Below are positions 1 through 9,872 of a stretch of 64,000 nt of DNA, piece by piece. Origin of the DNA: a virus; the IMG/VR virus record IMGVR_UViG_3300046804_001245, positions 32,001 to 96,000 of that record; one strand, written 5' to 3'. Numbering within the stretch: position 1 is the first letter of the stretch; each line of letters begins with the position of its first letter. The position numbers were made by a program, and so were the translations under genes. The notes beneath the pieces were generated by a model that worked only from the letters and a program-made list of their open reading frames with translations, did no database searches and was not told the origin of the DNA.

Positions 1-1
1 C

Positions 2-784
2 TCCCTGCGATTCGGGCTGGCAGAAATTAAATTTATATCAGATAGTATCGCAAATAAAATCATAGAAGGAAGACCATATGCAAACTATAAAGAATTTATT
101 GAAAAGGCCGCAAAAAAAGGAAGCGGCATTAATAGTAGGGCTATTAGCTCTCTTAATGCTATTGGCGGTGCTGCCTTTGAGGATAATGCTAGGAGCGGTC
201 AAGAAAAAGAAAACTACTACGAATACCTAGGCATACCATCTTTTGAATTAAAGAATATTCCCCCTAGAATTAAAGCGCAGGCAATTACAATAGATCAATT
301 TGATCCATTGGGATCGTTTGTTATGTTTGGTATGGTTAAAAGTATAAAGCGTGGCAAAGGCTGGGCAAGAGTCGAATTAGTAGATGAGACTGGAAGTATC
401 GGTCTTTTCCACCACGAACAAACGCAAATTGAATCTGGCAAGATGTATTTTATTCTTGTAGGAGATAATCGTATTGCAAGATATGTGGACGTTGCCGATA
501 TTAATCCAGAGTCTGCAGACGTATTTGTAGATTTCTTATATCGAAAACAGTATAGTCTTGAAGAAGATGAGAAGATTGTGGTAAACTTTAGCCCGTACCA
601 GACAAAAAATGGAAAGACTATGTCTCATATTGTAATGTCTGATAAGGATAAAAATCTTACTAGAGCAATTGCATTTCCATCAATGTATAAAATAACATTA
701 GCAAAAATGCGTGACGGAATGAAATGTAAGCCTGTGTTATCAAAATTAGATGATGGCACATTGATGATTAAGGAAATAAAATGA
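2..784 (+). CDS. dnaE: DNA polymerase III alpha subunit, C-terminal part (5' truncated by window)
   Basis: Frame open from base 2: SLRFGLAEIKFIS (DnaE HhH motif RFGL..IK), then an OB-fold-like region (VKSIKRGKGWARVELVDETG). The ORF-track 308..784 call is only its tail. Confidence 0.85.
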   Translation, partial: SLRFGLAEIKFISDSIANKIIEGRPYANYKEFIEKAAKKGSGINSRAISSLNAIGGAAFEDNARSGQEKENYYEYLGIPSFELKNIPPRIKAQAITIDQFDPLGSFVMFGMVKSIKRGKGWARVELVDETGSIGLFHHEQTQIESGKMYFILVGDNRIARYVDVADINPESADVFVDFLYRKQYSLEEDEKIVVNFSPYQTKNGKTMSHIVMSDKDKNLTRAIAFPSMYKITLAKMRDGMKCKPVLSKLDDGTLMIKEIK

Positions 785-975
785 CAGAAGATATTGTTCA
801 GTCAATGAGCCTGAATAAAATATTGGTTGCCTTGCTGGAACAATATGGTAGTCTCACGGTTCCAACCACAAAATTTGTAGAGGCAGCAAATGAAGATAAA
901 GAATTAGTTGTAGAGTACGATGATACGGACTTTACGTTTAAATTTAGTTTAAGGAGTAAAAATGAACAGCAATGA
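781..975 (+). CDS. hypothetical protein
   Basis: 64 aa ORF, ATGA overlap with dnaE stop. Confidence 0.7.
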   Translation: MTEDIVQSMSLNKILVALLEQYGSLTVPTTKFVEAANEDKELVVEYDDTDFTFKFSLRSKNEQQ

Positions 976-1309
976 AATAGTAACTGAATATGGTCTAGAT
1001 GCTTTGGCCGCAGTACTGCATGAGACGGCAGTAGAAAAAGGATTTTGGGATGGAGAATACACACATGACAAAATTGGAAATAAGTTAGCTCTAGTACATT
1101 CTGAAGTTACAGAAGTATTAGAAGCGGTTCGTAAAAGTCAAGGATCAGAAAAAGTAGTAGAAGAAATAGCAGATATTATTATTCGTATTTTAGATGTATA
1201 TGCCGCTATGAGAAATGAAGAGGCAGTCCTACACAGCCTTGATGAAATATTAAATAATAAAATGAAAAAAAATAAACAACGTCCAAAGCTTCACGGCAAC
1301 CTATTCTAA
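962..1309 (+). CDS. MazG-like NTP pyrophosphohydrolase
   Basis: KLALVHSEVTEVLEAVRK...EEIADIIIRILD, the EXXE...EXXD pattern of MazG-like proteins. Confidence 0.85.
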   Translation: MNSNEIVTEYGLDALAAVLHETAVEKGFWDGEYTHDKIGNKLALVHSEVTEVLEAVRKSQGSEKVVEEIADIIIRILDVYAAMRNEEAVLHSLDEILNNKMKKNKQRPKLHGNLF

Positions 1310-1339
1310 ATGATATAATAGTAGAAAGAAAGAGTATAA

Positions 1340-2344
1340 ATGACAATTGTAATAGAAGATATATTAGCAAAATTAGATCCAAAAACTAGATCAAGAGTAC
1401 AGTCAGCAGTAGATGTTCAAGTAGAAAGACAGCCAACGCCTAGCATTGGTTTGAATCTTGCTCTAAAGGGAGGACTCGGCTTCGGAAGACAGGTCTTAGT
1501 TTGGGGTAATAAGTCTGCTGGCAAGTCATCTTTCTGTCTACAGATGATAGCAGAAGCACAAAAGAATGGTAAGACTTGTGCCTGGATTGACGCAGAAGCA
1601 TCTTATGATAAAGGTTGGGCGGAACGGCTTGGGGTAGACTCATCTAAATTGATCTATTCCCCAGCAAAAACAATTAACGATATGGTTGACGTTGCTACAC
1701 AATTGATGGAGGCAGAAGTCGACCTAATTGTAGTTGATTCTATATCTGCCTTACTTCCAGCAATTTATTTTGAAAAAGATAGTTCAGAATTAAAGAAACT
1801 TGAAGATACCAAACAGATCGGCGCAGAAGCAAAGGATATGACACATGCAGTTAAGATGCTTAATTATGCAAACAAGAACACGCTTCTTGTCCTCATATCA
1901 CAACAACGTAATCAATTTGGGTCTATGCATGCTTCGCATATTCCGACGGGTGGAATGGCGGTTAAATTCTTCTCATCTACTGTTATTAAACTATGGAGCT
2001 CGGAAGCTGAAGCGAATGCGATCAAGGCTGGCGTTAAAGTTGGCGATAAGATTATTGAACAAAGGGTAGGAAGACCAGTAAATTGGATTATTGATTATAA
2101 TAAGCTAGGTCCACCTAATCTTGCAGGACAATATGATTTTTATTACCAAGGAGAAACCATTGGTATTGATAGGACAGGAGAAGTACTTGATGTTGCCGAA
2201 ATGTGCGGAGTCGTGGAAAAAGGTGGCGCTTGGTACACCGTGGAAGGTGAGCGGCTACAAGGAAGAGCAAAAGCCGTGCAATTCCTTCGTGATAATCCAA
2301 AAGTAGTAGACAAACTTGTTAAGGCTATAGATGCCAAGTCTTAA
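1340..2344 (+). CDS. recA: RecA-like recombinase
   Basis: Walker A GNKSAGKS, WIDAE, Walker B LIVVDS, TGGMAVKFFSS, KGGAWY. Confidence 0.95.
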   Translation: MTIVIEDILAKLDPKTRSRVQSAVDVQVERQPTPSIGLNLALKGGLGFGRQVLVWGNKSAGKSSFCLQMIAEAQKNGKTCAWIDAEASYDKGWAERLGVDSSKLIYSPAKTINDMVDVATQLMEAEVDLIVVDSISALLPAIYFEKDSSELKKLEDTKQIGAEAKDMTHAVKMLNYANKNTLLVLISQQRNQFGSMHASHIPTGGMAVKFFSSTVIKLWSSEAEANAIKAGVKVGDKIIEQRVGRPVNWIIDYNKLGPPNLAGQYDFYYQGETIGIDRTGEVLDVAEMCGVVEKGGAWYTVEGERLQGRAKAVQFLRDNPKVVDKLVKAIDAKS

Positions 2345-2513
2345 TGAATTCATACAAAACAAAGAGCCAACCCCAGGCCTAGATAAAATTGAAGAGTCTA
2401 GGCCATGCTCAAAATGTAGCAAGGACTCAGACTTTTATTATTGGAATGCACAAAATTTAGAAATGACTTGGACATGCCCAGACGGTCATAAAAATTCATA
2501 CAGGATAAACTAA
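2331..2513 (+). CDS. small Zn-ribbon protein
   Basis: CSKC...WTCPDGH, 60 aa, coupled to recA. Confidence 0.6.
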   Translation: MPSLNEFIQNKEPTPGLDKIEESRPCSKCSKDSDFYYWNAQNLEMTWTCPDGHKNSYRIN

Positions 2514-2812
2514 TGTCAGAAAGATCAGAAGCAAAGAGAGACGGCGCAAAACAACAAAAGAATAGCGGCAGGGGAGATTACCAAAAGGGTGATGCTATCT
2601 GGAATGGCTTTGTTGTTGACTATAAAGAGTCTGGTAAATCTGTATTAGTGTCAAAAGAAATGTGGGCAAAAGTATGCACAGATACCTTTAAGGTAAGTAG
2701 GGCATATTATCCAGTATTAAAATTAGTTATAGGTGAAGACAATAGTAAGACAAGATTAGCAGTAATTGAGTGGTCATTACTGGAACAGCTAGTAGAAAAG
2801 TGGCACGAGTGA
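2513..2812 (+). CDS. PD-(D/E)XK nuclease, Holliday-junction resolvase-like
   Basis: SERSEAKRDG...NSGRG..KGD...VVDYKE pattern of phage Hjc-type resolvases. Confidence 0.65.
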   Translation: MSERSEAKRDGAKQQKNSGRGDYQKGDAIWNGFVVDYKESGKSVLVSKEMWAKVCTDTFKVSRAYYPVLKLVIGEDNSKTRLAVIEWSLLEQLVEKWHE

Positions 2813-2967
2813 GAGATATATTTATGACAACATTAGTTGGAGCTATTGTAGGTGGAGTATTTAGCGCATTCAAGCTCCCAATTCCAGCGCCCCCAGTATT
2901 TGCTGGATTGATGGGAATCGTTGGACTATGGATTGGATACGCTATAGTAACAAAGGTATTGGCATGA
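2809..2967 (+). CDS. XapX-domain (DUF1427-like) small membrane protein
   Basis: GTG start; GAIVGGVFSAFKLPIPAPPVFAGLMGIVGLWIGY, the XapX P-PAPP signature. Confidence 0.8.
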   Translation: MRDIFMTTLVGAIVGGVFSAFKLPIPAPPVFAGLMGIVGLWIGYAIVTKVLA

Positions 2968-3299
2968 CAGAGAAAAATACATTAGAGTTAATTAATGACA
3001 TAACAGAGTTTAATGACCTGCACGAATATATGAAAGATGAACAACTTGATAGAGCGCTTGCCATAGTAGTAAAACTTTTGCTTAACCCAGATGTACCAGC
3101 AGCAAAAGCCCCACATCTTATTATTGAACTACAAGCAATGTCAACAAAGTTTGCCATGATGGCTTCAGTATATTCAACAATTGCAAAAGATAAAGCTGGT
3201 TCTATAAACAACAATAAAAAGAATATTTATTATTCAGCGAAGGAGTCGATAGACAAGCTTGTGGATGCCCTCAAGTATGTTGTTCGTTATAATGGCTAG
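2964..3299 (+). CDS. hypothetical helical protein
   Basis: Start MTEKNT overlapping upstream stop. Confidence 0.7.
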   Translation: MTEKNTLELINDITEFNDLHEYMKDEQLDRALAIVVKLLLNPDVPAAKAPHLIIELQAMSTKFAMMASVYSTIAKDKAGSINNNKKNIYYSAKESIDKLVDALKYVVRYNG

Positions 3300-4074
3300 A
3301 GACATAGTAAAGAATTTAAAATTTAAAAAGTATGAAGGCAAGTTTGATCCTAAAGAGTTTGCTAAGATGCTTGACGATGCCTATCTTGCTACAAAACGTG
3401 CAGATGGAGAAATGACTAAATATACATTTAGCCCAAGTAGTTTTGGATATGGCAATGGAAACTGTCCACGTTATTGGTATATGGCATTTAGCGGAGCAAC
3501 TTTTGTAGATAACAACGACGCAAAGGCAGTCGCAAATATGGCTCAAGGAACTCAGGCTCATGAAAGATTGCAAGGCCTAATTGAAAAAATGGGAGCTCCA
3601 ATAAAGTCAGTACAGACTGAAATAGAGATTAAAAATGAGTATCCTCCAATTCGTGGGTTCATAGATCTCGTAATTAATTGGGATGATGAAGAAGTTCTTG
3701 GAGAAATTAAAACGGCTAAGCAGGAGGTATGGGATACAAGGCAGGCAGAAATGTCACCATCAGCAAACCACATGCTTCAGTTGCTTACATATATGAAATT
3801 GAGGAATGTAAAAGAAGCCTTCTTTTTGTACGAAAATAAAAATACACAGGAAATTCTTTTGATTCCAATTCAAATGAATGATAAGAATAAAGAAGTTATA
3901 GATAATTTATTTGTTTGGCTATGTGAAGTTTATGATAACTTTAAAGATGGCGGACTTCCAATAAGACCGTTTGTAAAAACAAGTTATGCCTGCAAAGGGT
4001 GTCCAATTAAAAAAGAATGCTGGGCAGGACCAACTGGAGAAGTTCAAATAGAGCCATATGAGGTGCAGAAATAA
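3292..4074 (+). CDS. Cas4-like / RecB-family exonuclease
   Basis: SPSS...CPRYW, GTQAHE, GFIDLV, EIKT, QLLTYM, C-terminal CKGCPIKKEC (Fe-S ligands). Confidence 0.85.
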   Translation: MARDIVKNLKFKKYEGKFDPKEFAKMLDDAYLATKRADGEMTKYTFSPSSFGYGNGNCPRYWYMAFSGATFVDNNDAKAVANMAQGTQAHERLQGLIEKMGAPIKSVQTEIEIKNEYPPIRGFIDLVINWDDEEVLGEIKTAKQEVWDTRQAEMSPSANHMLQLLTYMKLRNVKEAFFLYENKNTQEILLIPIQMNDKNKEVIDNLFVWLCEVYDNFKDGGLPIRPFVKTSYACKGCPIKKECWAGPTGEVQIEPYEVQK

Positions 4075-4352
4075 TGATTTGTGCTAATAAAGAATGTGCG
4101 AAAGACTTTGAGGCAAAAACACATAATCAAAAGTATTGTTCAGATGAGTGTTGCCGTATTGCTACTAATCGTAGAATCATGGAAAAATATTATGAGAAAA
4201 AAGCAATTAGAGGTGGGGCAAAAAGATTATGCAAAAAATGTAACGCTAGGCTAAGCAGATATAACGAATCTAATGTATGTTCTGGCTGTCAGAAAAAAAT
4301 CGATATAAATCAAAAGAACAAATTGTTGAGGATGATCGATGAGATTGGGTGA
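4074..4352 (+). CDS. Cys-rich Zn-finger protein
   Basis: CANKEC..QKYCSDECC..CKKC..CSGC. Confidence 0.7.
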   Translation: MICANKECAKDFEAKTHNQKYCSDECCRIATNRRIMEKYYEKKAIRGGAKRLCKKCNARLSRYNESNVCSGCQKKIDINQKNKLLRMIDEIG

Positions 4353-4905
4353 GTTAATTAAAACTAAAGCTAATAGAGTCCTTGGCATAGATGCTTCAAC
4401 AAACTCTGTTGCCTTTTGCCTTATGGAAAATGATAAACCAATTAAATGGGGCAAAGTAGAATTTTCTGGATCAGACATATATGAGAAAATACATGATGCT
4501 AAAGTTAAAATGCATGCCATGCTAGATGAATTAAAGTCTGATTATATTGTTGTAGAAGGAGCAGTGTTTGTCAAATCCCCAGATGCCGTGATAAAATTAT
4601 CATATGTCTATGGTGTTGTCATTGCTGAGCTTATGTCTAGTGGCGCTAGTGTTATCACTATATCTCCTACATCTTGGCAGGCTTATATTGGAAACAAGAA
4701 CCCAACAAAGCTGGAGAAGGACAAACTTAGGTTTGAAAATCCAGGATATGCTGACTCTTGGTATAAAGCAAAAATGCGGGAGATTAGAAAGCAAAGAACT
4801 GTAGATTACTTTAACAGTAAGTACAATTTAAAACTAGATGATTTTGATGTGGCAGATGCATTCGGCATTGCCCACTATTCAAATACGGTGTTAACTGAAC
4901 GATGA
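4339..4905 (+). CDS. ruvC: RuvC-like Holliday junction resolvase
   Basis: VLGIDAS, IVVEG, PTSWQ, DVADAFGIA catalytic motifs. Confidence 0.85.
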   Translation: MRLGELIKTKANRVLGIDASTNSVAFCLMENDKPIKWGKVEFSGSDIYEKIHDAKVKMHAMLDELKSDYIVVEGAVFVKSPDAVIKLSYVYGVVIAELMSSGASVITISPTSWQAYIGNKNPTKLEKDKLRFENPGYADSWYKAKMREIRKQRTVDYFNSKYNLKLDDFDVADAFGIAHYSNTVLTER

Positions 4906-5042
4906 AGCTTTATAAAAGTAAAGATTGGCTGTATCGACGATATATTGTGCAAAAAAAGACCATGGAAGAAATAGCAAAAGAATGTGGCGTTACTACAATG
5001 ACCATATATAGGGCACTAAAAGATAATGGATTAATTAAATGA
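4902..5042 (+). CDS. small HTH DNA-binding protein (46 aa, not in ORF track)
   Basis: MKLYKSKDWLYRRYIVQKKTMEEIAKECGVTTMTIYRALKDNGLIK; overlaps both neighbours. Confidence 0.75.
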   Translation: MKLYKSKDWLYRRYIVQKKTMEEIAKECGVTTMTIYRALKDNGLIK

Positions 5043-5680
5043 GCATACCAGTACTAGTAGTTCCAGTTTTAAATAGATATGACTTATTAGAAGATATGCT
5101 TAATTCTATTAATTATCCAATAGATAATATATTAATTATAGATAACGGTGGAGAATTTAAAACAGATAGAAATATAAAAGTTTTAAATATGCCAGCTAAT
5201 CTAGGACTATCAGCTTCATGGAATTTAGCAATTAAATGTTTCCCCCATGCCAAGTATTGGCTTTTTGCATCAGCAGATACTAAATGGTCAGAAACAGCCT
5301 TACAAGAAATAGATAACATCAGTGGACCAGATAAATTAATACTAACTAATGATGCGTACGGATGTTTTTCTGTAGGAGAAAACGTAATAGAAAAAGTGGG
5401 ATTATTCGATGAATATTTTTATCCCATATATTTTGAAGACAACGACTTTCATGAAAGAGTAGCAAGGTTTTGTCCTGAAAACACAATAGTATCAACTTCA
5501 ATTCAAACCGCTCCCGAAGTTGGAAGCCAAACAATAAATAGCGACGATAAATTAAAAAATAAAAACCACGAGACATTTGTAAAAAATCAAGAATACTATA
5601 AATACAAACAAACTACAAACTTCGAACAACCAAAACCTTGGTCTTTATCAAGAAGGAGGGATCACGAATGGCTACGATAG
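5039..5680 (+). CDS. glycosyltransferase family 2
   Basis: VVPVLNR, IIDNG, NLGLSASWN, GLFDEYFYPIYFEDNDF. Confidence 0.85.
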   Translation: MSIPVLVVPVLNRYDLLEDMLNSINYPIDNILIIDNGGEFKTDRNIKVLNMPANLGLSASWNLAIKCFPHAKYWLFASADTKWSETALQEIDNISGPDKLILTNDAYGCFSVGENVIEKVGLFDEYFYPIYFEDNDFHERVARFCPENTIVSTSIQTAPEVGSQTINSDDKLKNKNHETFVKNQEYYKYKQTTNFEQPKPWSLSRRRDHEWLR

Positions 5681-6336
5681 GAGTTTTGCCAGCCTCTGGC
5701 AAGGCATCAAGAATTGGCGGAATACCAAAGTTTTGCTTGCCAGTATCCGATGAAAGATCATTACTTCAATGGCACGTAGAGCAAATGCTAGAAGTTTGCG
5801 ATGAAGTTCGTGTAGCAACTAGACCAGAGTGGGTCCCGATTGTTCAAAATATGGATATGAATATTAAGCTAATTGTTCGTGAGCCATCTACTATGTCTGA
5901 TGCAGTTAAGTTCATGGTTGGAGAATATAATGATACTGTAATAATTGGAATGCCAGATACATTTATTTTAAACGCTCCAGTAAATATTTATAAAGAAATG
6001 ATGAAAGATAATAACGCAGATATTGTTCTTGGGGTGTGGGAATGTACAAATGAATTAAAAGGACGAGTTGGACAGGTATTAATATCTGACGATAAAGTTG
6101 TAGGATCAGAAGATAAAATAGATAATTGCGATTATCCAGATATGTGGGGCACTATGCTATTTCGCAAAAATATGATAAGATATCTAGATCCAAAATTGGA
6201 CCATCCAGGTAAACAATTAAAAGATTGGATACAGGATGGTGCAAATATTAGGGCAGTAAGACCAGGCGGACGATATATGGATATTGGAACGCTAAGAGGA
6301 CTTAAACAGTTATACAAGGAGATGGATAATGCCTGA
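5668..6336 (+). CDS. sugar-phosphate nucleotidyltransferase (RmlA-like)
   Basis: GVLPASGKASRIGGIPKFCLP, GMPDT, YMDIGT. Confidence 0.85.
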   Translation: MATIGVLPASGKASRIGGIPKFCLPVSDERSLLQWHVEQMLEVCDEVRVATRPEWVPIVQNMDMNIKLIVREPSTMSDAVKFMVGEYNDTVIIGMPDTFILNAPVNIYKEMMKDNNADIVLGVWECTNELKGRVGQVLISDDKVVGSEDKIDNCDYPDMWGTMLFRKNMIRYLDPKLDHPGKQLKDWIQDGANIRAVRPGGRYMDIGTLRGLKQLYKEMDNA

Positions 6337-6652
6337 ACCGATATTCCCAGACGCTAATAGATTTGACTGTAATGATCTTTACCTATATTCAATAGGTGCT
6401 CCTTCTGGTAGAAAGATTTTAGACTCCTGCCATGAAATTGCAAAGATGTTAATAGATAAGAATATATCTTATGGCGATTCTGCCCTATCCCCAGTTCGTA
6501 TATTTTCAAAGGCGGAACCAAGAGAACAATTATATGTTCGCATAGATGATAAATTAAGTAGACTTATGAAGGGCTCAGACTATCCAGGAGATAATGACAT
6601 TGATGACCTAATTGGCTATTTAATACTGCTCAAAATAGCTAAATCAAGTTGA
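6329..6652 (+). CDS. nucleotide-modification-associated domain protein (DUF1599/Nmad1-like)
   Basis: KNISYGDS...VRIDDKLSR...DLIGYLIL. Confidence 0.7.
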   Translation: MPEPIFPDANRFDCNDLYLYSIGAPSGRKILDSCHEIAKMLIDKNISYGDSALSPVRIFSKAEPREQLYVRIDDKLSRLMKGSDYPGDNDIDDLIGYLILLKIAKSS

Positions 6653-6685
6653 TATTTTAGTCGACTAAGAGTATAATAATTACAT

Positions 6686-7225
6686 ATGGAAATTGAATTA
6701 GCTGATCATTTTGATCGCATGAACAAGGTTGTTGAAGAATTACTCAAAGGTAACAATCCCACTCAGATTGCCTCTATAACGGGTTTTAAACGTGCAGATG
6801 TCCTAGGATATATAGACGAGTGGAAAGAGGTCGTTAAAAGCGATTCTGGAGCCCGTGATAGGGCAAAGGAAGCCATCTCTGGAGCAGACCAACACTATGC
6901 CATGCTTATTAAAGAGGCCTGGAAGACCGTAGAGGATGCAGATCAGGCGGGACAATTAAATATAAAAGCAACAGCATTAAAACTAATTGCAGATATTGAA
7001 GGCAAGCGTATTGGAATGCTACAAGAAGTCGGATTGTTGGACAATCAAGAATTGGCATCACAGGTAGCAGAGACCGAACGAAAGCAAGATGTATTAGTTA
7101 AAATATTAAAAGAAGTAACAGCAACCTGTCCTAAATGTAAAATGGAAGTTGCAAAACGTTTGTCTCAAATAACTGGAGTAGTAGAACCAGTTATTCTTGA
7201 TGCAGAGGAAGCAAGTGGATCTTAA
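6686..7225 (+). CDS. probable terminase small subunit
   Basis: N-terminal HTH-like segment, helical, directly upstream of and overlapping terL; leaderless start after TATAAT. Confidence 0.55.
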   Translation: MEIELADHFDRMNKVVEELLKGNNPTQIASITGFKRADVLGYIDEWKEVVKSDSGARDRAKEAISGADQHYAMLIKEAWKTVEDADQAGQLNIKATALKLIADIEGKRIGMLQEVGLLDNQELASQVAETERKQDVLVKILKEVTATCPKCKMEVAKRLSQITGVVEPVILDAEEASGS

Positions 7226-9005
7226 TTTTAATGATCTCATTGATATTCTTGACGGAGAAGAATTTGATGAAAGACCAGTTGATCTTAAGACATTTGTAAC
7301 AAGCCCAGACTATCTTGGACTACCGCCACTTTCTGAAAATCAATATACATTAATTGAAAAGTCGTCTCAGATTTATAAAGAGTCTACCCTAATAAAATTG
7401 TTTGGCGAAGAAGAAGGTCGTCGTAGATTCAAGCAAACATGTAATGAAGTTATTGCACAACTAGGAAAAGGAAGCGGCAAAGATTACTGCTCTACTATCT
7501 CAGTTTCTTATATAGTTTATTTGCTACTATGCTTAAAAGATCCTGCTACATATTATGGAAAGCCTCCTGGAGATACCATTGATATTCTTAATATTGCTGT
7601 CAACGCACAGCAAGCAAACAATGTTTTCTTTAAGGGATTTAAAACACGCATAGATAGATCACCATGGTTTATTGGAAAGTATGATCCAAAAGCTTCGGAA
7701 GTTAGATTTAACAAGAATGTAAACGTATACTCTGGACACTCTGAGCGTGAAGCATTCGAAGGCTATAACGTAATAGCCGTTATCCTAGATGAAATTTCTG
7801 GATTTGCCACAGAGAATACTACTGGACATGACCAAGCTAAAACTGCAGATGCTATATACGATATGTATCGTGGATCTGTCGTATCTCGTTTTCCAGATTA
7901 CGGCAAAGTAATTCTTTTGTCGTTCCCCCGATTTAAAAATGATCCAATACAAAAATTTTATGATTCTGTAATAGCAGAAAAAGAAACAACAATTAGAACC
8001 AAGAAGTTAAAGATGGATGAAGAGTTGCCAGACGGCACAGAGGGAAATGAATTTGTAGTTGAATGGGAAGAAGATCATATCATCTCTTATACAATTCCAA
8101 AGGTCTATGCTCTCAAAAGACCAACATGGGAAATCAATCCAACTAAAAGCATAGAAAACTTTAAGGTAGAATTTTATAAAAATATGCCAGATGCATTAGG
8201 TCGCTTTGCCTGTATGCCGCCAGAAGCAGTGGATGCTTTCTTTAAGTCTCGTGAGAAAATAGAAAAAGCATTTAATAATATGGCGCTGGCAGTAGACAAC
8301 TTTGGTAGATTTGAAAATTGGTTCGCACCAGACCCTGATAAGGAATACTTCTTGCATGTAGACTTGGCACAAAAGCATGACCATTGTGCCGTATCTATGG
8401 CCCATGTTCAAAAGTGGGTAAATGTAAAAGTAACCGACACATACTCCCAGCCTGCGCCAATCGTAGAAGTAGATGCAGTTAGATATTGGACTCCTACTGC
8501 TGATAAATCTGTAGATTTTACAGAGGTAAAAGATTATATTTTGTCTTTAAGAACTCGTGGATTTAAAATAAGAGTCTGCACATTTGATAGATGGAATTCG
8601 CATGACATGATGCAGCAGCTAAAAGCCTACGGAATAAATACGGAGACTTTGTCAGTTGCCAAAAAGCATTATGATGATATGGCTATGGTAGTGGCGGAAG
8701 AAAGGCTTTCTGGGCCTAATATTAAATTACTTGTAGATGAGCTTTTGCAGCTGAAAATTATGCGTGATAGAGTAGATCATCCAAGAAAAGGATCAAAAGA
8801 CTTGGCGGATGCTGTATGTGGTTCAATATATAACGCCATAAGCAGAAGTAAATTTGAAACTAATCAGGAAATAAATGTGCATACATACGACTCAATTGCA
8901 CGTAGAAATGATAGACAGGAAGAAGACGTTAGACTTAATGTAATTAGACCACCAAAGATGCCTTCAAAATTGGCGGACGTACTAGATGGAATGGAAATAC
9001 TATGA
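7197..9005 (+). CDS. terL: terminase large subunit
   Basis: Walker A GKGSGKD, Walker B VILDE, nuclease HVDLA / TFDRW / KDLADA; true start may be GTG 7215. Confidence 0.9.
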   Translation: MMQRKQVDLNFNDLIDILDGEEFDERPVDLKTFVTSPDYLGLPPLSENQYTLIEKSSQIYKESTLIKLFGEEEGRRRFKQTCNEVIAQLGKGSGKDYCSTISVSYIVYLLLCLKDPATYYGKPPGDTIDILNIAVNAQQANNVFFKGFKTRIDRSPWFIGKYDPKASEVRFNKNVNVYSGHSEREAFEGYNVIAVILDEISGFATENTTGHDQAKTADAIYDMYRGSVVSRFPDYGKVILLSFPRFKNDPIQKFYDSVIAEKETTIRTKKLKMDEELPDGTEGNEFVVEWEEDHIISYTIPKVYALKRPTWEINPTKSIENFKVEFYKNMPDALGRFACMPPEAVDAFFKSREKIEKAFNNMALAVDNFGRFENWFAPDPDKEYFLHVDLAQKHDHCAVSMAHVQKWVNVKVTDTYSQPAPIVEVDAVRYWTPTADKSVDFTEVKDYILSLRTRGFKIRVCTFDRWNSHDMMQQLKAYGINTETLSVAKKHYDDMAMVVAEERLSGPNIKLLVDELLQLKIMRDRVDHPRKGSKDLADAVCGSIYNAISRSKFETNQEINVHTYDSIARRNDRQEEDVRLNVIRPPKMPSKLADVLDGMEIL

Positions 9006-9253
9006 GCATATATCAAGATAAAGCTAAAGAATGTAAATGCTGTGGAAAACATGTACCACTGCCTACTACCCTAAAAGAGTATGCGGGATATATGCTTTGC
9101 CCTACCACATTTGCAAATGTAGTTGAATATAAGAGATTGTGGAAATCTCTTGGATCAAGACCACCTGGAAGCGTCAGAAAACATTTCTCTGATTACGTCC
9201 AGCAGTTAGTGGAGACAACCATTGACAAAAATGAGGATGGCACAATACAATAG
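9002..9253 (+). CDS. hypothetical Cys-containing protein
   Basis: 83 aa, CKCC..LCPT. Confidence 0.65.
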   Translation: MSIYQDKAKECKCCGKHVPLPTTLKEYAGYMLCPTTFANVVEYKRLWKSLGSRPPGSVRKHFSDYVQQLVETTIDKNEDGTIQ

Positions 9254-9259
9254 GGCTAG

Positions 9260-9333
9260 GTGGCGTTAGCTCAGTTGGTCAGAGCCCCAAACTCATAATT
9301 TGGCCGTCGTAGGTTCAAGTCCTACACGCCACA
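9260..9333 (+). tRNA. tRNA with CAT anticodon (elongator Met or Ile2)
   Basis: Acceptor GTGGCGT/ACGCCAC, D-arm AGCTCAGTTGGTCAGAGC, anticodon arm CCAAA-CTCATAA-TTTGG, T-loop GTTCAAGTC; lacks initiator features. Confidence 0.93.
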
Positions 9334-9355
9334 CAAAAGAGAGTATAATAAAGAT

Positions 9356-9670
9356 ATGGATGAAGAGGAGTTCGGAATGGAGCTAGAGCACTATTTAGAA
9401 ATAGGCGCAATAACTCTGGAAGGCATGGATGAAAATGGTGAACTTATATTTGCCATAGATGAAAAAGCTAAAGACATAGCACCAGAATTATGGGAAGCTC
9501 ATACAAGTTATGTCGATGAAACTCTTGTTAAGTTATATGAAAAAGGTTTGATGGAGGTTGAATATGATGAAAATCTTGAAGCAACACTACATCTTAGTCC
9601 AGAAGGACAAAAGCTTGCAAAAGAATTGGGGCTAATCCAAATGGATATGCCAGAGCCCCCAAATGATTAG
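9356..9670 (+). CDS. hypothetical acidic protein
   Basis: 104 aa, TATAAT 6 nt before ATG (leaderless). Confidence 0.7.
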   Translation: MDEEEFGMELEHYLEIGAITLEGMDENGELIFAIDEKAKDIAPELWEAHTSYVDETLVKLYEKGLMEVEYDENLEATLHLSPEGQKLAKELGLIQMDMPEPPND

Positions 9671-9678
9671 GAGATAAT

Positions 9679-9858
9679 ATGCCATACAATATTAAACAGA
9701 ATGTAGCAGGGTGCAGAGGGTTTGCAGTAGTTAATGATAAGGGCGAACTTAAAGGATGTCACCCAAGCAGAGGAAGAGCATTGGCTCATCAAAGAGCCCT
9801 ATATGCCGCAACAGCAAATGAAGAAAAGATGAAAGAGAAGAAAAAACGCATCTTGTAA
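9679..9858 (+). CDS. hypothetical protein (59 aa, not in ORF track)
   Basis: AGGAG RBS; MPYNIKQNVAGCRGFAVVNDKGELKGCHPSRGRALAHQRALYAA... Confidence 0.7.
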   Translation: MPYNIKQNVAGCRGFAVVNDKGELKGCHPSRGRALAHQRALYAATANEEKMKEKKKRIL

Positions 9859-9872
9859 TCTAAAAAGCTTTT

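Noticed and set aside
1290-1340. PafBC or LexA site upstream of phage recA
   Set aside because: TATAAT is present, but there is no TGTCRG at N10 and no TCGAAC-N4-GTTCGA box.
3292-4074. Cas4-like gene as evidence of CRISPR-Cas
   Set aside because: No cas1/cas2 or repeat-spacer array is visible; solo Cas4-like nucleases are common in phage replication modules.
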